Source of the DNA: Pedobacter sp.
Lineage (GTDB): Bacteria; Desulfobacterota; Desulfuromonadia; Desulfuromonadales; Syntrophotaleaceae
Direction of reading: 5' to 3'
Assembly (NCBI GenBank): GCA_050253415.1
Contig: JBFWJC010000010.1
Location: forward strand, 1 to 34,976
Length of the DNA stretch: 34,976 bases
The notes beneath the pieces were generated by a model. That model was not told where the DNA came from. It made no database searches and saw nothing but the letters and a program-made list of their open reading frames with translations. Within the stretch, counting starts at the first letter, position 1. The number at the start of each line of letters is the position of its first letter. The position numbers and the translations under genes are program-made. Below are positions 19,302-29,388 of this stretch, one piece after another.

Positions 19302-20249
19302 TTATCGAAAAACAGAAGTAAAACTATCGCCCTTACGAGCTGGGAGAGGAGCGCCCTTCTCTGGATACCCCAAAACAGCATTGGCTACGATTCGATAATA
19401 CGGAGGTATTGAAAGAGCTTTTCTTAGCAAAGAATCTTGTTCTGGACTATGATGTGTCCAATTCAAAATCGCTACCCCAACTCCCAATGAATGTGCAGCG
19501 AGGCAACAGTTTTGCATGCCAAGCGATACATCAAGAACTGGAAGCATCATCTCGGTAGGAAGGTCATATGGGCGGAGATCAGCACAAAAAGACATGTAAC
19601 AAGAGATTTCACCAGTAAAGCAGGTTGCTCCGTTATTCGCCTCGGTGCAGACCTTGATTAGTTCTTTTGAATCTGCAATGAATATTTTGGTAGTTTGTCT
19701 ATTACAACTGGACGGTGCCCAATTTACAACATCGGTAATCTTTTTAATAACTTCAGGTGAAATTAGTTGGTCTGTAAAACTTCTTATAGAGCGACGAGTT
19801 TTTATCAAGTCAATCAAATGATCGTAGTTACATATAGTAGTTTTAAAAGGTTGTTCATTTTGAATAATGTTTCCGCTTTTCTGTAATTGATCATATTCTG
19901 AAAGCTTCTCGATTGCCCATAAAATAGAAGGATCATTAATCATGTCATCACCTTTTATATTGTCCAAACAGTTGCGGGCTTTTTGATAGAAACTAACGCT
20001 ATGGCCTGGCTCACAATCAAATCGCTGCAAACCCTTATCTAAAATATGTGCGGCCTTGCGAAGATTTGATGCCCAAAACTCGTCATCTAGGTTCTCTTTA
20101 TTATGTTTCATCAAAAGTACCGATTCCGTGAGCGCTATCTCACAGCTATAATCATTATGTACAACCAATGGATGAAACAGTTTACGGCGAATCTGAAACG
20201 GAACAAGGCCCACAATTATTTTTTTAATAATTTTAATCATTGAAAACAT
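19302..20249 (-). CDS. Nitroreductase family protein with N-terminal extension
   Basis: KTRRSIRSF, APSSCNRQ, LAAHSLGVG, LGYP. Confidence 0.85.
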   Translation of the reverse strand: MFSMIKIIKKIIVGLVPFQIRRKLFHPLVVHNDYSCEIALTESVLLMKHNKENLDDEFWASNLRKAAHILDKGLQRFDCEPGHSVSFYQKARNCLDNIKGDDMINDPSILWAIEKLSEYDQLQKSGNIIQNEQPFKTTICNYDHLIDLIKTRRSIRSFTDQLISPEVIKKITDVVNWAPSSCNRQTTKIFIADSKELIKVCTEANNGATCFTGEISCYMSFCADLRPYDLPTEMMLPVLDVSLGMQNCCLAAHSLGVGVAILNWTHHSPEQDSLLRKALSIPPYYRIVANAVLGYPEKGAPLPARKGDSFTSVFR

Positions 20250-20287
20250 ACCTCTAATGCGATTGTTATTCTATATCCAAGTCGAAT

Positions 20288-21811
20288 CTAAATCCCTACT
20301 TTTAAGTGACGCTTGCCTCTAATATTTTCCAAAAAAACAAAAGTACAGCCCTTTTCTTTTCCAATAATATGGTCAAAAATAATATGTACTGTGGTGGTCA
20401 TGAGGATTATCACGACGACCTCGAATATCAAAGAGAACCACCCAAGGGGTGGATACATGGATTTAAATTTAAACCCTATAGCAACACAGAAATAAGATAA
20501 GATCGCTGGGATAAAAAACACTCTTATTAGTGGCCGAAAATCGCTATGTTTGAATAGGTATTTCCATACTAATGTCAAAGTTACAATTCCCCAAAAAACC
20601 GTAATACAATATGAGTATCCAGCACCAGAAAGACCATAGCGTGGGATCAAGATGAGATTTAGTCCTAAACTTGTTATGCCAACACAAAAGGAGAGAACGG
20701 TTATATATTGTGGTTTATTTATTCCTTTAATAAATGACTCATATACAATAAATGGCCCCCTGATAATTGAACTAATAGCAACCAAAAATCCAATGTCGCT
20801 GCAACTAGCAGCGAACTTAACATTTATCCAAAGGCTAAGAAAGTCTTTCATGAAAATTGTTAAAGGAACAAATATAATACTTGACAGGACAAGCATTGCC
20901 CACGTGGCTTGTAAGAAAATCTGAGACTTCTCTTCTATACTTTCGAGAGTACAGAAGTGTGGGAAAAGAACGGTACCAGCTTGGCCTGCAAGAGAAAGTG
21001 CGCGCATGGCAAGATCTTGAGGAACAGTAAGATATCCAACACTACTGGCACCAATAAAGACACCCATAAGAAGTCGATCTGAATAACTGAAAATGACACC
21101 AAATAATTGAGACAAAAAAGAAAAGAGTCCGTAGCCAAATACTTCTCGAATGCCTTGATATGACATCGAAGGCATGAGCCGAATGGAAGGTAAGAGGCGT
21201 TTGGCAAAAAATCTATTCATCAGTACTGAAATACAATTAACTGAAACCCCCAGGATAACTAAAGAAACAATTCCCAGACCATAAAATAATAGAAGAAGGG
21301 TGAAAAAGGCCTGAATAATTGTGGTAGTGATTACGACCTTAGTGCTGATATCATACCGCTGTAAGGCTTGAGGAATTGCGCTAAATGCTCCGTTTATAAG
21401 GCTAAAAAAGAAACTCATTGATGTTAAACGTAAGAGGATAGTGGCCACTCCATGTTCGGATGGTTCAATAGAGAATAATGAAATAACCCAAGGTGCAAAT
21501 AGGAAAATTACGGTGACAGTCAATATGCCTACAAGAAGGTATACAAATAAGGTTGCCCGAATTACGCGATTAATTCCGGCAATATCTCTTATATTACTAT
21601 AGTAAGCCACATATCGAAGGGTTGCATCGCCAAGACCAAAAGACATAAGCCCCATTAAGCCGCTGACTGCCATAATCAGCATGTACAAACCATAATTAGC
21701 CGACCCGAGATGTGTAATCAGAAGAGGAGTAATAAAGAATGTAATAGCTAAAGGGATGACCCGACCAAAAATATTCCAAATAGCATTTGATGTTAGAGAG
21801 TTTTTTTGCAT
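20288..21811 (-). CDS. wzx: Polysaccharide flippase (Wzx / MOP superfamily)
   Basis: NAIWN..G, LG...YG.Y, FGL..A.LRY, DRLLMG, LILIPRYGLSGA; about 12-14 transmembrane segments. Confidence 0.85.
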   Translation of the reverse strand: MQKNSLTSNAIWNIFGRVIPLAITFFITPLLITHLGSANYGLYMLIMAVSGLMGLMSFGLGDATLRYVAYYSNIRDIAGINRVIRATLFVYLLVGILTVTVIFLFAPWVISLFSIEPSEHGVATILLRLTSMSFFFSLINGAFSAIPQALQRYDISTKVVITTTIIQAFFTLLLLFYGLGIVSLVILGVSVNCISVLMNRFFAKRLLPSIRLMPSMSYQGIREVFGYGLFSFLSQLFGVIFSYSDRLLMGVFIGASSVGYLTVPQDLAMRALSLAGQAGTVLFPHFCTLESIEEKSQIFLQATWAMLVLSSIIFVPLTIFMKDFLSLWINVKFAASCSDIGFLVAISSIIRGPFIVYESFIKGINKPQYITVLSFCVGITSLGLNLILIPRYGLSGAGYSYCITVFWGIVTLTLVWKYLFKHSDFRPLIRVFFIPAILSYFCVAIGFKFKSMYPPLGWFSLIFEVVVIILMTTTVHIIFDHIIGKEKGCTFVFLENIRGKRHLKVGI

Positions 21812-22009
21812 TCTAAAAGATGCTCCATTAGTGGGTATTTAAAATTTATTTCATACGTCATAAAAGAAAAATTAACGAATGGATTAACCCTCGACAGAGA
21901 GACAACCAGAGGGGGACAGATACCAACTGAGCCTTAGAGTATCTTTTAACCACGGCCGTTAACGTATAAGCTTGGAGACAGCAGCCCCTGTCTTTGCATC
22001 CAGCAAAGA

Positions 22010-23131
22010 TTAGGTGCCTAGCGCCGTTACAATCTTCTCAGCCGCCTGGCCATCCCCATAAGGATTATGTGCTCGACTCATAACCTGATAGGCAGCCTCA
22101 TTGCTGAGTAGTTTTTCAGCCTCCGCTACAATCCGTGCAGCGTCAGTTCCTACCAGTTTGACCGTGCCAGCATCGACAGCTTCAGGTCTTTCTGTTGTCT
22201 CGCGCATTACCAACACCGGCTTCCCCAAGGCCGGCGCCTCCTCCTGGACACCACCTGAGTCGGTGATGATCAAATAGGACCGATCCATAAGGTAGACGAA
22301 GGGCAGGTAGCCTTGAGGTTCAATCAGATGCACGGAGGGGCAGTCAGAAAGTAAACGATGCACAGGTTCCTGAACATGGGGGTTCAAATGCACCGGGTAG
22401 ACGATCTCTACATCTGGATTTGAGTTTGCAATTACCTTGAGTGCCTGACAGATATTTTCAAACCCGTCACCAAAATTTTCTCGGCGATGACCTGTCACCA
22501 GGACTAGACGCTTGTCTTTGTCCAAGAAGCCGAAGCGAGTTGCCATGTTATTTTGCAAGGCACTATCATTGCGCACTTTCTCGACCACATCAAGAAGAGC
22601 ATCGATAACAGTATTACCTGTAACGTAAATAGCTTCTGGAGCTACGCCCTCACGAAGAAGATTCTCGCGAGAACACTCCGTTGGGGGAAAATGGTAACGG
22701 GTTACCGCACCCGCCAAACGACGATTCATTTCCTCGGGCCATGGGGAATAAATATTCCCAGTTCGAAGCCCGGCCTCCACGTGCCCCACATCAATCTTCT
22801 GATAAAAAGCTGCAAGGCTTGCAGCCATGGTAGTAGTAGTATCACCGTGCACCAGTAACACATCAGGCTGAAAGTCTTCCAGTACAGGAGCAAGCCTCTT
22901 CAGGACATTACAGGTCACGTCGGTAAGGCTCTGGCCTGGCTTCATGATATCCAGATCATAGTCGGGGTGAATTTCGAAGAGATCCAGCACCTGGTCTAGC
23001 ATCTGACGATGTTGGGCGGTAACACAGACCTTTGTCTCGAACTGGTGAGGATGTCTTTGTAGTTCTTTTACTACCGGCGCCATCTTGATGGCTTCTGGGC
23101 GAGTACCAAATACTGTAAGAATTTTTTTCAT
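22010..23131 (-). CDS. wecB: UDP-N-acetylglucosamine 2-epimerase (non-hydrolysing)
   Basis: [45 protein letters not shown]. Start moved to ATG at 23131. Confidence 0.96.
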   Translation of the reverse strand: MKKILTVFGTRPEAIKMAPVVKELQRHPHQFETKVCVTAQHRQMLDQVLDLFEIHPDYDLDIMKPGQSLTDVTCNVLKRLAPVLEDFQPDVLLVHGDTTTTMAASLAAFYQKIDVGHVEAGLRTGNIYSPWPEEMNRRLAGAVTRYHFPPTECSRENLLREGVAPEAIYVTGNTVIDALLDVVEKVRNDSALQNNMATRFGFLDKDKRLVLVTGHRRENFGDGFENICQALKVIANSNPDVEIVYPVHLNPHVQEPVHRLLSDCPSVHLIEPQGYLPFVYLMDRSYLIITDSGGVQEEAPALGKPVLVMRETTERPEAVDAGTVKLVGTDAARIVAEAEKLLSNEAAYQVMSRAHNPYGDGQAAEKIVTALGT

Positions 23132-23288
23132 ATTTTGTAAGGTCCCGGGATCGTAAAGAAGTGATCTTAAAAACTTAAACTGCTTTTTCTCACGCATATT
23201 CGCTTCACTCAGTAGAGACCACACGTGTGCGCCGAAGCGTTAGCAAAGGACTGTAAGGGGAAAGGTTTTTTTATGAAGAATGTTGGCT

Positions 23289-25118
23289 TTATTCCACCGT
23301 CACACTCTTCGCCAAATTCCGAGGCTGATCCACATCCGTCCCCCGCAAAACAGCAACATGATAAGCCAACAACTGCAAAGGAATCGAAGTAAGCACCGGC
23401 ATAAGCTCATCAGCGATAGTAGGAATAGTCAAAACAACATTCGCCTTATCCCTCAAGCCATCATCCGAGCCATCGGTGATCACTATCACCTTCCCGCCGC
23501 GCGCCCTGACCTCTTCCATATTGGAAAAGACCTTTTCATACCCCTCATTCTGCGTGGCAATCACCACCACCGGCAGTTGATCATCGATCAATGCGATGGG
23601 GCCGTGCTTCATCTCCCCAGCGGGATAACCTTCGGCATGAATATAGGATATTTCCTTGAGCTTGAGCGCACCCTCCAGGGCAATGGGATACTGGTTACCG
23701 CGTCCAAGAAACAAAAAATCGGTGGCCTGCGCGTAGATACGCGCAACCTCTTCGATGTGTTCGCAAGCTGCAAGGGTGTCCTGAATTTTTGAGGGGAGCG
23801 TTTTCAGGGCGGCGATTATTGAACCCAGGCGCTCATCCGTCAAGGATTTTCGTGCCCGCCCCAAACGCAGCGCCAAAAGAACGAAGGCTACCAGCTGAGT
23901 GGTAAATGCCTTGGTCGAGGCGACGCCGATCTCAGGACCGGCATGGGTATAGATAACGCCGTCACTTTCCCGCGCGATGGAGGAGTCAACCACGTTGCAG
24001 ATGGCAACCGCTTTGCCCTGCTTCCCTTTGGCCTCGCGCAAGGCCGCCAGGGTATCGGCGGTTTCGCCGCTCTGGCTGATCAGGACAGTCAAGGTGCCTT
24101 CATCGACGATGGGGTTGCGGTAGCGAAATTCGCTGGCAATATCGACCTCGACCGGGACGCGGGCGAGTTTTTCAATGAGAAACTTACCCACCAGTGCCGC
24201 ATGCCAGGAGGTGCCACATGCGACCAGGAAGACTTTACGGAAGCTCTGGAGCTCTTCGTTGCACAGCCCGAGTCCGTCAAGCAAAACGTCGGTCTGATCA
24301 TCGAGAATACGGCCGGCAAGCGTATCGGCTATGGCGCGGGGCTGCTCGTATATTTCCTTGAGCATGAAGTGGCGATAACCGCCCTTCTCCGCCATGGCTG
24401 CGTTCCAGGTGATGGTCTTCGGCAGCCGGGTCACCGGATTGCCTGCGAGGTCCATGAGGGTCATGGTATTCCCTGCGAACCAGGCGAGTTCCCCATCCTC
24501 AAGAAAGATCATCTCCCGGGTATGCGCAAGGATCGCAGGCACGTCGGAGGCCACGAAAAATTCCTCCTGTCCTTGCCCGATAACCAGGGGCGACCCGGAA
24601 CGGGCAGCGACCATCTTGCCCGGCTCCATTTCGCACAACACAGCAATAGCGTAAGCGCCGCGTACCTCGGATAAGGTCATCCGCACAGAGGCGAGAAAGT
24701 CGCCGGTCTCACGATAAAAGTCCTCAACCAAATGGGAGATGACCTCGGTATCGGTCTCGGAACGAAAGCTGTGCCCCTTGCGAGTCAGCCTTTCCCGAAG
24801 AGCCAGATAGTTTTCTATAATGCCGTTATGCACGACGACGATTCCACTAGCGCGATGCGGATGGGCGTTAGCCACCGAAGGCCGCCCGTGAGTCGCCCAG
24901 CGAGTGTGGCCAATGCCGCAACTTCCGGATACGGGGTTTGCGGTGAGCAATTGCTCCAGGTTGATAAGCTTGCCTTCGGCACGCAGAAGCTCTATACCGT
25001 TGCCATTCTGGGTAGCAATACCGGCGGAATCGTATCCCCGGTATTCAAGCTTTCTCAGCCCTTCAATAATAATCGGCGGCGCCTGACGCGCCCCTACGTA
25101 ACCGACAATACCGCACAT
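23289..25118 (-). CDS. glmS: Glutamine--fructose-6-phosphate aminotransferase
   Basis: [49 protein letters not shown]. Confidence 0.98.
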   Translation of the reverse strand: MCGIVGYVGARQAPPIIIEGLRKLEYRGYDSAGIATQNGNGIELLRAEGKLINLEQLLTANPVSGSCGIGHTRWATHGRPSVANAHPHRASGIVVVHNGIIENYLALRERLTRKGHSFRSETDTEVISHLVEDFYRETGDFLASVRMTLSEVRGAYAIAVLCEMEPGKMVAARSGSPLVIGQGQEEFFVASDVPAILAHTREMIFLEDGELAWFAGNTMTLMDLAGNPVTRLPKTITWNAAMAEKGGYRHFMLKEIYEQPRAIADTLAGRILDDQTDVLLDGLGLCNEELQSFRKVFLVACGTSWHAALVGKFLIEKLARVPVEVDIASEFRYRNPIVDEGTLTVLISQSGETADTLAALREAKGKQGKAVAICNVVDSSIARESDGVIYTHAGPEIGVASTKAFTTQLVAFVLLALRLGRARKSLTDERLGSIIAALKTLPSKIQDTLAACEHIEEVARIYAQATDFLFLGRGNQYPIALEGALKLKEISYIHAEGYPAGEMKHGPIALIDDQLPVVVIATQNEGYEKVFSNMEEVRARGGKVIVITDGSDDGLRDKANVVLTIPTIADELMPVLTSIPLQLLAYHVAVLRGTDVDQPRNLAKSVTVE

Positions 25119-25177
25119 GGTCTATATTCCCTGTCCAATCCAGATAAATGAAATGAAAAATATACTTTTAACAATTC

Positions 25178-25262
25178 TTAGCCACAGACTTACACAGATT
25201 AAATCTAGAACAAGGTCTATGTAGTTGAATCAGGTTTTATCCGCCGTTATATCCGTAGGTAA
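25178..25262. repeat. Degenerate 10-nt-period palindromic element
   Basis: ttagccacagac ttacacagatt ... ggttttatccgccgtt atatccgtaggtaa; same unit type as 2318-2496. Confidence 0.6.
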
Positions 25263-25297
25263 GGAGTCAGGGTTCCTAGATGCCAATTTTTTTGCGA

Positions 25298-26311
25298 TCA
25301 CTCATACCCATTTGGATTCATTTGCTGCCAGCGCCAACCATCCTCACACATGTCATCGAGTGACCGCCCGACTCTCCAGCCAAGCTTTGATTGAGCAAAA
25401 GATGGATCGGCATAACAAGCAGCTATATCCCCAAAACGTCCGTCGGCAATCTCGTAAGGGATGGTTTGACCCGTGATTCGTTCAAAGTGTTGAATCACGT
25501 CTAAAACACTATAACCCTGCCCAGTACCAAGATTACAAGTAACGACCCCAGGGTCAGTTGCCAAGTATTCGAGAGCTTTAAGATGCCCAAGGGCCAAATC
25601 AACCACATGAATATAGTCGCGCACCCCAGTGCCATCCGACGTAGGGTAATCATCGCCAAAAACGGCTAAGCATTTCCTCCGGCCTATTGCAACCTGCATG
25701 ATGAAAGGAAATAGGTTGTTAGGTATGTGCTTCGGATCCTCTCCAATAAGGCCACTAGGATGGGCCCCAATGGAATTAAAGTAACGCAAGATAGCTATAT
25801 TCCAGGAAGAATCAGATGCATGAATATCCCGCAACATATCCTCAATGAAAAGTTTGGTACGGCCGTAAGGATTGGTCGCACTAAGAGGTGAGTTCTCACG
25901 AATCGGCAGACGGGATGGGTTACCATATACCGCCGCCGATGAACTGAACACAAGCTGTTTGACTTTAAAATCAGCCATCACCTCGCAAAGCGTTGCCGTG
26001 CCTGCAATATTGTTCTGATAATAGCTGAGCGGTTTGCGAGCTGACTCTCCTACGGCCTTGAGTCCGGCAAAGTGAATTACCGCCTCGGGACGGTAGGTGG
26101 TAAACACTTGACGTAACCCCTCACGATCGCGAATATCTACCTTTTCAAAAGCAGGAGTGCGCCCTGTGATTTGAGCTACCCGTTCCAAAGCCACAGAGGA
26201 ACTATTGCTCAGGTTATCGACCACAACCACGTCGTGACCCGCTTGAAGCAGTTCAACTACAGTATGTGAACCGATGAAACCGGCTCCTCCTGTTACAAGC
26301 ACATTTGACAT
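25298..26311 (-). CDS. galE: UDP-glucose 4-epimerase (paralogue 1)
   Basis: VLVTGGAGFIGSH, HFAGLKAVGES, PYGRTK, DGTGVRDYIHV. Start moved to ATG at 26311. Confidence 0.92.
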   Translation of the reverse strand: MSNVLVTGGAGFIGSHTVVELLQAGHDVVVVDNLSNSSSVALERVAQITGRTPAFEKVDIRDREGLRQVFTTYRPEAVIHFAGLKAVGESARKPLSYYQNNIAGTATLCEVMADFKVKQLVFSSSAAVYGNPSRLPIRENSPLSATNPYGRTKLFIEDMLRDIHASDSSWNIAILRYFNSIGAHPSGLIGEDPKHIPNNLFPFIMQVAIGRRKCLAVFGDDYPTSDGTGVRDYIHVVDLALGHLKALEYLATDPGVVTCNLGTGQGYSVLDVIQHFERITGQTIPYEIADGRFGDIAACYADPSFAQSKLGWRVGRSLDDMCEDGWRWQQMNPNGYE

Positions 26312-26332
26312 TTCATTTCCTGGCAGCTTCTG

Positions 26333-26362
26333 AATGGTACGCGGATCTTCGCGAATCAAACC
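26333..26362. repeat. Partial 10-nt-period element
   Basis: aatggtacgcggatcttcgcgaatcaaacc; first 15 nt identical to 32745-32759. Confidence 0.65.
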
Positions 26363-26516
26363 TTAAATCAAGCAATCACTTTCCCTGACATTTACCTGTG
26401 ACGCTTCGCTCCACGCTTTTGGATAATTGTCACAATTGCTACATGGTACTAAGAAGGAAAAAAGCTCGATAAAAAGCACTCTTATCCTCAAGCAATTATC
26501 CGACCAATTTAATCAT

Positions 26517-27491
26517 CTAATAGGCCGCTTTTCGATGCCAATCCCAGGCTGTCTTGAGAATCTCTGTAATATCAGGATATTTTGGCCGCCAGCCAAGTTC
26601 CTTTTTTGCCCGGGTGGCGTCGGCCACCAGAATAGGCGGATCGCCGGGGCGACGGTCGCATGACTCATATTGAATCTCCGCTCCGGTGACATGCTCGGCG
26701 GCATTGATGATCTCAAAAATGGAGAATCCCTGCCCGTTACCGAGATTGAAGCCAAAGGCCCCTTCCCTTTTATCCATGTAGCCCAGCGCAAGCAGATGCG
26801 CCTGGCACAGATCGTTGATATGGATGTAATCGCGCACGCAGGTGCCGTCGGGGGTCGGGTAATCCTGCCCGAAAACCTTTAGTTTTTTATTAGGATCAAG
26901 AGCTGCTTTAAGCACGTTAGGGATCAGGTGCGTTTCGGGGTCGTGCGCTTCGCCGATCTGCCCGGAGGGGTCGGCACCGGCAGCATTAAAATAACGCAGA
27001 CTGACTGAGCGTAATCCGTAGGCAGCTGCATAATCGCGCAGCATGTGCTCAACCATCAATTTGGTCTCGCCGTACGGGTTGATCGGTACCTGAGGGTGGG
27101 TTTCGTCGATGCGGTCGGCCACAGGATTGCCGAAGGTAGCAGCCGAGGACGAAAACACGAAATGCTTTACACCGGCAGCGCACATGGCATCCAGAAGATG
27201 CAATGTTCCGATGACGTTGTTGCGATAGTATTTGGCAGGCTCGCTAACGGACTCGCCGACCAGCGATTTAGCAGAAAAATGCATAACGGCATCGAAACTG
27301 TTATCGGCGAATAGTTGCCGCAACGCTGGCTCGTCGAGCAAATCCCCCACCACCAACCTGCCCCACTTGACCGCTTCGCGATGACCAGTGGAGAAATTGT
27401 CAAAGGTTGTTACATTGTGACCGGATTCGGTCAACATTTTGACCATGTGAGAGCCGATGTAACCGGCCCCGCCGCATACTAAAATATTCAT
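26517..27491 (-). CDS. galE: UDP-glucose 4-epimerase (paralogue 2)
   Basis: ILVCGGAGYIGSH, VGESV, PYGETK, LRYFNAAGAD, PETHLIP, DGTCVRDYIH, RRPGDP. Confidence 0.92.
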   Translation of the reverse strand: MNILVCGGAGYIGSHMVKMLTESGHNVTTFDNFSTGHREAVKWGRLVVGDLLDEPALRQLFADNSFDAVMHFSAKSLVGESVSEPAKYYRNNVIGTLHLLDAMCAAGVKHFVFSSSAATFGNPVADRIDETHPQVPINPYGETKLMVEHMLRDYAAAYGLRSVSLRYFNAAGADPSGQIGEAHDPETHLIPNVLKAALDPNKKLKVFGQDYPTPDGTCVRDYIHINDLCQAHLLALGYMDKREGAFGFNLGNGQGFSIFEIINAAEHVTGAEIQYESCDRRPGDPPILVADATRAKKELGWRPKYPDITEILKTAWDWHRKAAY

Positions 27492-27558
27492 GATCAAGTC
27501 CTTTCAGTAAGGGCTGAACACCTACACCGTAAACACAAATCAAATTCTGTTAAAGCAT

Positions 27559-27670
27559 TAGCCGCAGATGCACGCAGATTTTCGCAGATCAGACCCAACC
27601 TATAAGCGAATATGTTAGTTCAGACCTTGCTTGGTTTCCATCTGCGGCAATCCGCTCTTATCAGCGGCTA
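27559..27670. repeat. Palindromic 10-nt-period element, downstream flank of the GxxExxY gene
   Basis: tagccgcagatgcacgcagattttcgcagat ... atctgcggcaatccgctcttatcagcggcta. Confidence 0.9.
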
Positions 27671-27736
27671 TTAAGCTTTTGTGTTTTTCTTGCCCCATGT
27701 TCACGTAGATTTTTGCAAATCAGTAGCCAATAAATT

Positions 27737-28120
27737 CTAAAGTCCGTTCACCACACGCTTAATATGGACTTTATCTGCCCCATAATTAATCAAAAGGCCT
27801 AGTTTTTTCCTTGTGGCTTTCAGATAATTTAGGCACTGAGCCAAATGAATATTATCAAGATTTTTGACTGTCTTAAGTTCTACGATGATCTCTCCTTCGA
27901 TAAAGAGGTCAGCGATATAGTCACCGACAACAACGTCATTATAGTAAACCTTAATCGGTACCTGTCCCTCAACTTTTAGACCGGCTTTTTTTAATTCATG
28001 AGACAAGGCATTTTCATAAACTTTTTCGAGAAAACCGTATCCAAGTTTTTTGGCAACAGTGTATGCACCCCCGATGATCTGTTCAGTTACACTTTTAAAG
28101 TACGCCTCGTCACGTACCAT
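27737..28120 (-). CDS. GxxExxY protein (PD-(D/E)XK nuclease-like)
   Basis: 127 aa with GFLEKVY, YIADLFIEGEIIVELK (D...ExK), AQCLNYLKAT, GLLINY. Confidence 0.93.
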   Translation of the reverse strand: MVRDEAYFKSVTEQIIGGAYTVAKKLGYGFLEKVYENALSHELKKAGLKVEGQVPIKVYYNDVVVGDYIADLFIEGEIIVELKTVKNLDNIHLAQCLNYLKATRKKLGLLINYGADKVHIKRVVNGL

Positions 28121-28189
28121 GCAAGCCTCAAGAGTCAGGTTTAAAAATGTCTAGTCCTATCTGTGGTTAACATCTTTTGAGTTCTATTC

Positions 28190-28304
28190 TTAACCGCTGA
28201 TTCACGCAGAATTTCGCAGATCAAACTCTAACCCTGAAGACCATTCTATCTGTTCAGCCTTGCTTAGGTTTTATCTGCGCCAATCCGCTTTTATCTGCGG
28301 TTAA
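28190..28304. repeat. Palindromic 10-nt-period element, upstream flank of the GxxExxY gene
   Basis: ttaaccgctgattcacgcagaatttcgcagat ... atctgcgccaatccgcttttatctgcggttaa; direct-repeat homologue of 27559-27670 including the spacer. Confidence 0.9.
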
Positions 28305-28694
28305 TGGCTTTGGAATTTGATCTTAAACACTGACGTAAAAGGATTCTCCCAGGATATCACCCTAAACCAAAGCTCGGTTAAAATCAGATGTTTATCCGGC
28401 CGATTCTGCGTGATTCGCGTTCTATTGCTTTTTGCCATTTGAATAAAAGGTCTTGAATGAGACGAGATCGAATGTTTTTAAAAGTAGAAATTTCCCTCAA
28501 TAAATTTAGACAAAATTAATCGAACAAAAGAATAGTGCAGACAATACTCTTGAAAATACAAAACTACAATTAAAAATTTTTCAATTAGGAGCCAACAGAC
28601 TAGCAGGCATGGGCGGGAATTTAAGGGAGAGTTTGCCTCTCGTATGCTGGCGATAGGCCCTGTTGCAGCGGCTTCGCCTGCCATTGAAAAGTGC

Positions 28695-28859
28695 TCAGAT
28701 CCTGATAGAAATGGAATGGAACACACGCCAGAAACTCGTATCACAGTGCGAACAGCAATAGTAGGTGGAATGGGGTAAAAAACGCATCCACCAAATGCGT
28801 CTGATCCTTTCAAAATTTCTCGTTCCACACACTGGACAAACCAAAAACCGTGAGGACAT
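28695..28859 (-). CDS. Small zinc-ribbon-like protein (54 aa), not in the ORF track
   Basis: Hand translation MSSRFLVCPVCGTRNFERIRRIWWMRFLPHSTYYCCSHCDTSFWRVFHSISIRI*: two CxxC pairs, AGGGAG Shine-Dalgarno upstream, promoter-like elements further upstream. Confidence 0.7.
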   Translation of the reverse strand: MSSRFLVCPVCGTRNFERIRRIWWMRFLPHSTYYCCSHCDTSFWRVFHSISIRI

Positions 28860-28908
28860 ATGAACTATTCTCCCTAAAATAATATCAAGATATATGGTTC
28901 GGTATTAG

Positions 28909-28982
28909 ATGATATATTGAAAAAAGTCAGTGTCAACTTCCCGACAGTTCAGGATATTAAATTAGAGTTAATTCAGTGTCAA
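28909..28982 (-). promoter_or_regulatory. Two tandem sigma70-like promoters
   Basis: TTGACA(28977-28982)-N17-TAATAT(28954-28959) and TTGACA(28931-28936)-N16-TATCAT(28909-28914). Confidence 0.55.
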
Positions 28983-29200
28983 TCCTTTTTTTTCTATCTA
29001 ATTAAGTTTTACTAACTAATTTTAATGGTGGTATTTTGTCGGATTTATGGAGAGCAAGAGATTAGAACTTGGAAGGAATTTACCGCAAACAAAAATAAAG
29101 GAGGTTGGACGCTGCTGACTAAAAAACTAAGCCCCCGATAGCAACAGCTTCAATTGTAGGGTTAGGGCTAAGGCCAGAATCGGTGTATGGCGTCACGGGT

Positions 29201-29358
29201 TTTATCCGCTTTTATCCGACCTTATCTGCGTTCAAAACAAGCCGTTGACCGAAATCGAAACCTCTTGGCGAACGCAGATAAAGGCGGATGCTCGCAGATG
29301 ACTTCAAAAAGAATACTACTTGTATAAACTCTTATGCACGCGAATCTTCGCGGATTAA
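29201..29358. repeat. 10-nt-period palindromic element with arms in opposite order, plus a partial copy
   Basis: tttatccgct tttatccgac cttatctgcgttc ... gaacgcagata aaggcggatg ctcgcagatg; then atgcacgcgaatcttcgcggattaa. Confidence 0.85.
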
Positions 29359-29388
29359 ATTCAAAATCGCAATACTGGATTAAGCCAA

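Noticed and set aside
23943..24674. Long antisense ORFs over glmS (similarly over rfbA, cysN, cysD and the permease)
   Set aside because: Shadow frames of GC-rich, well-conserved genes on the opposite strand.
26421..26501. 9-bp inverted repeat GGATAATTG/CAATTATCC between the galE genes
   Set aside because: Short and widely spaced; compatible with chance.
28478..28828. 116-aa minus-strand ORF
   Set aside because: No motifs, and it overlaps the better supported 54-aa CxxC ORF in another frame.
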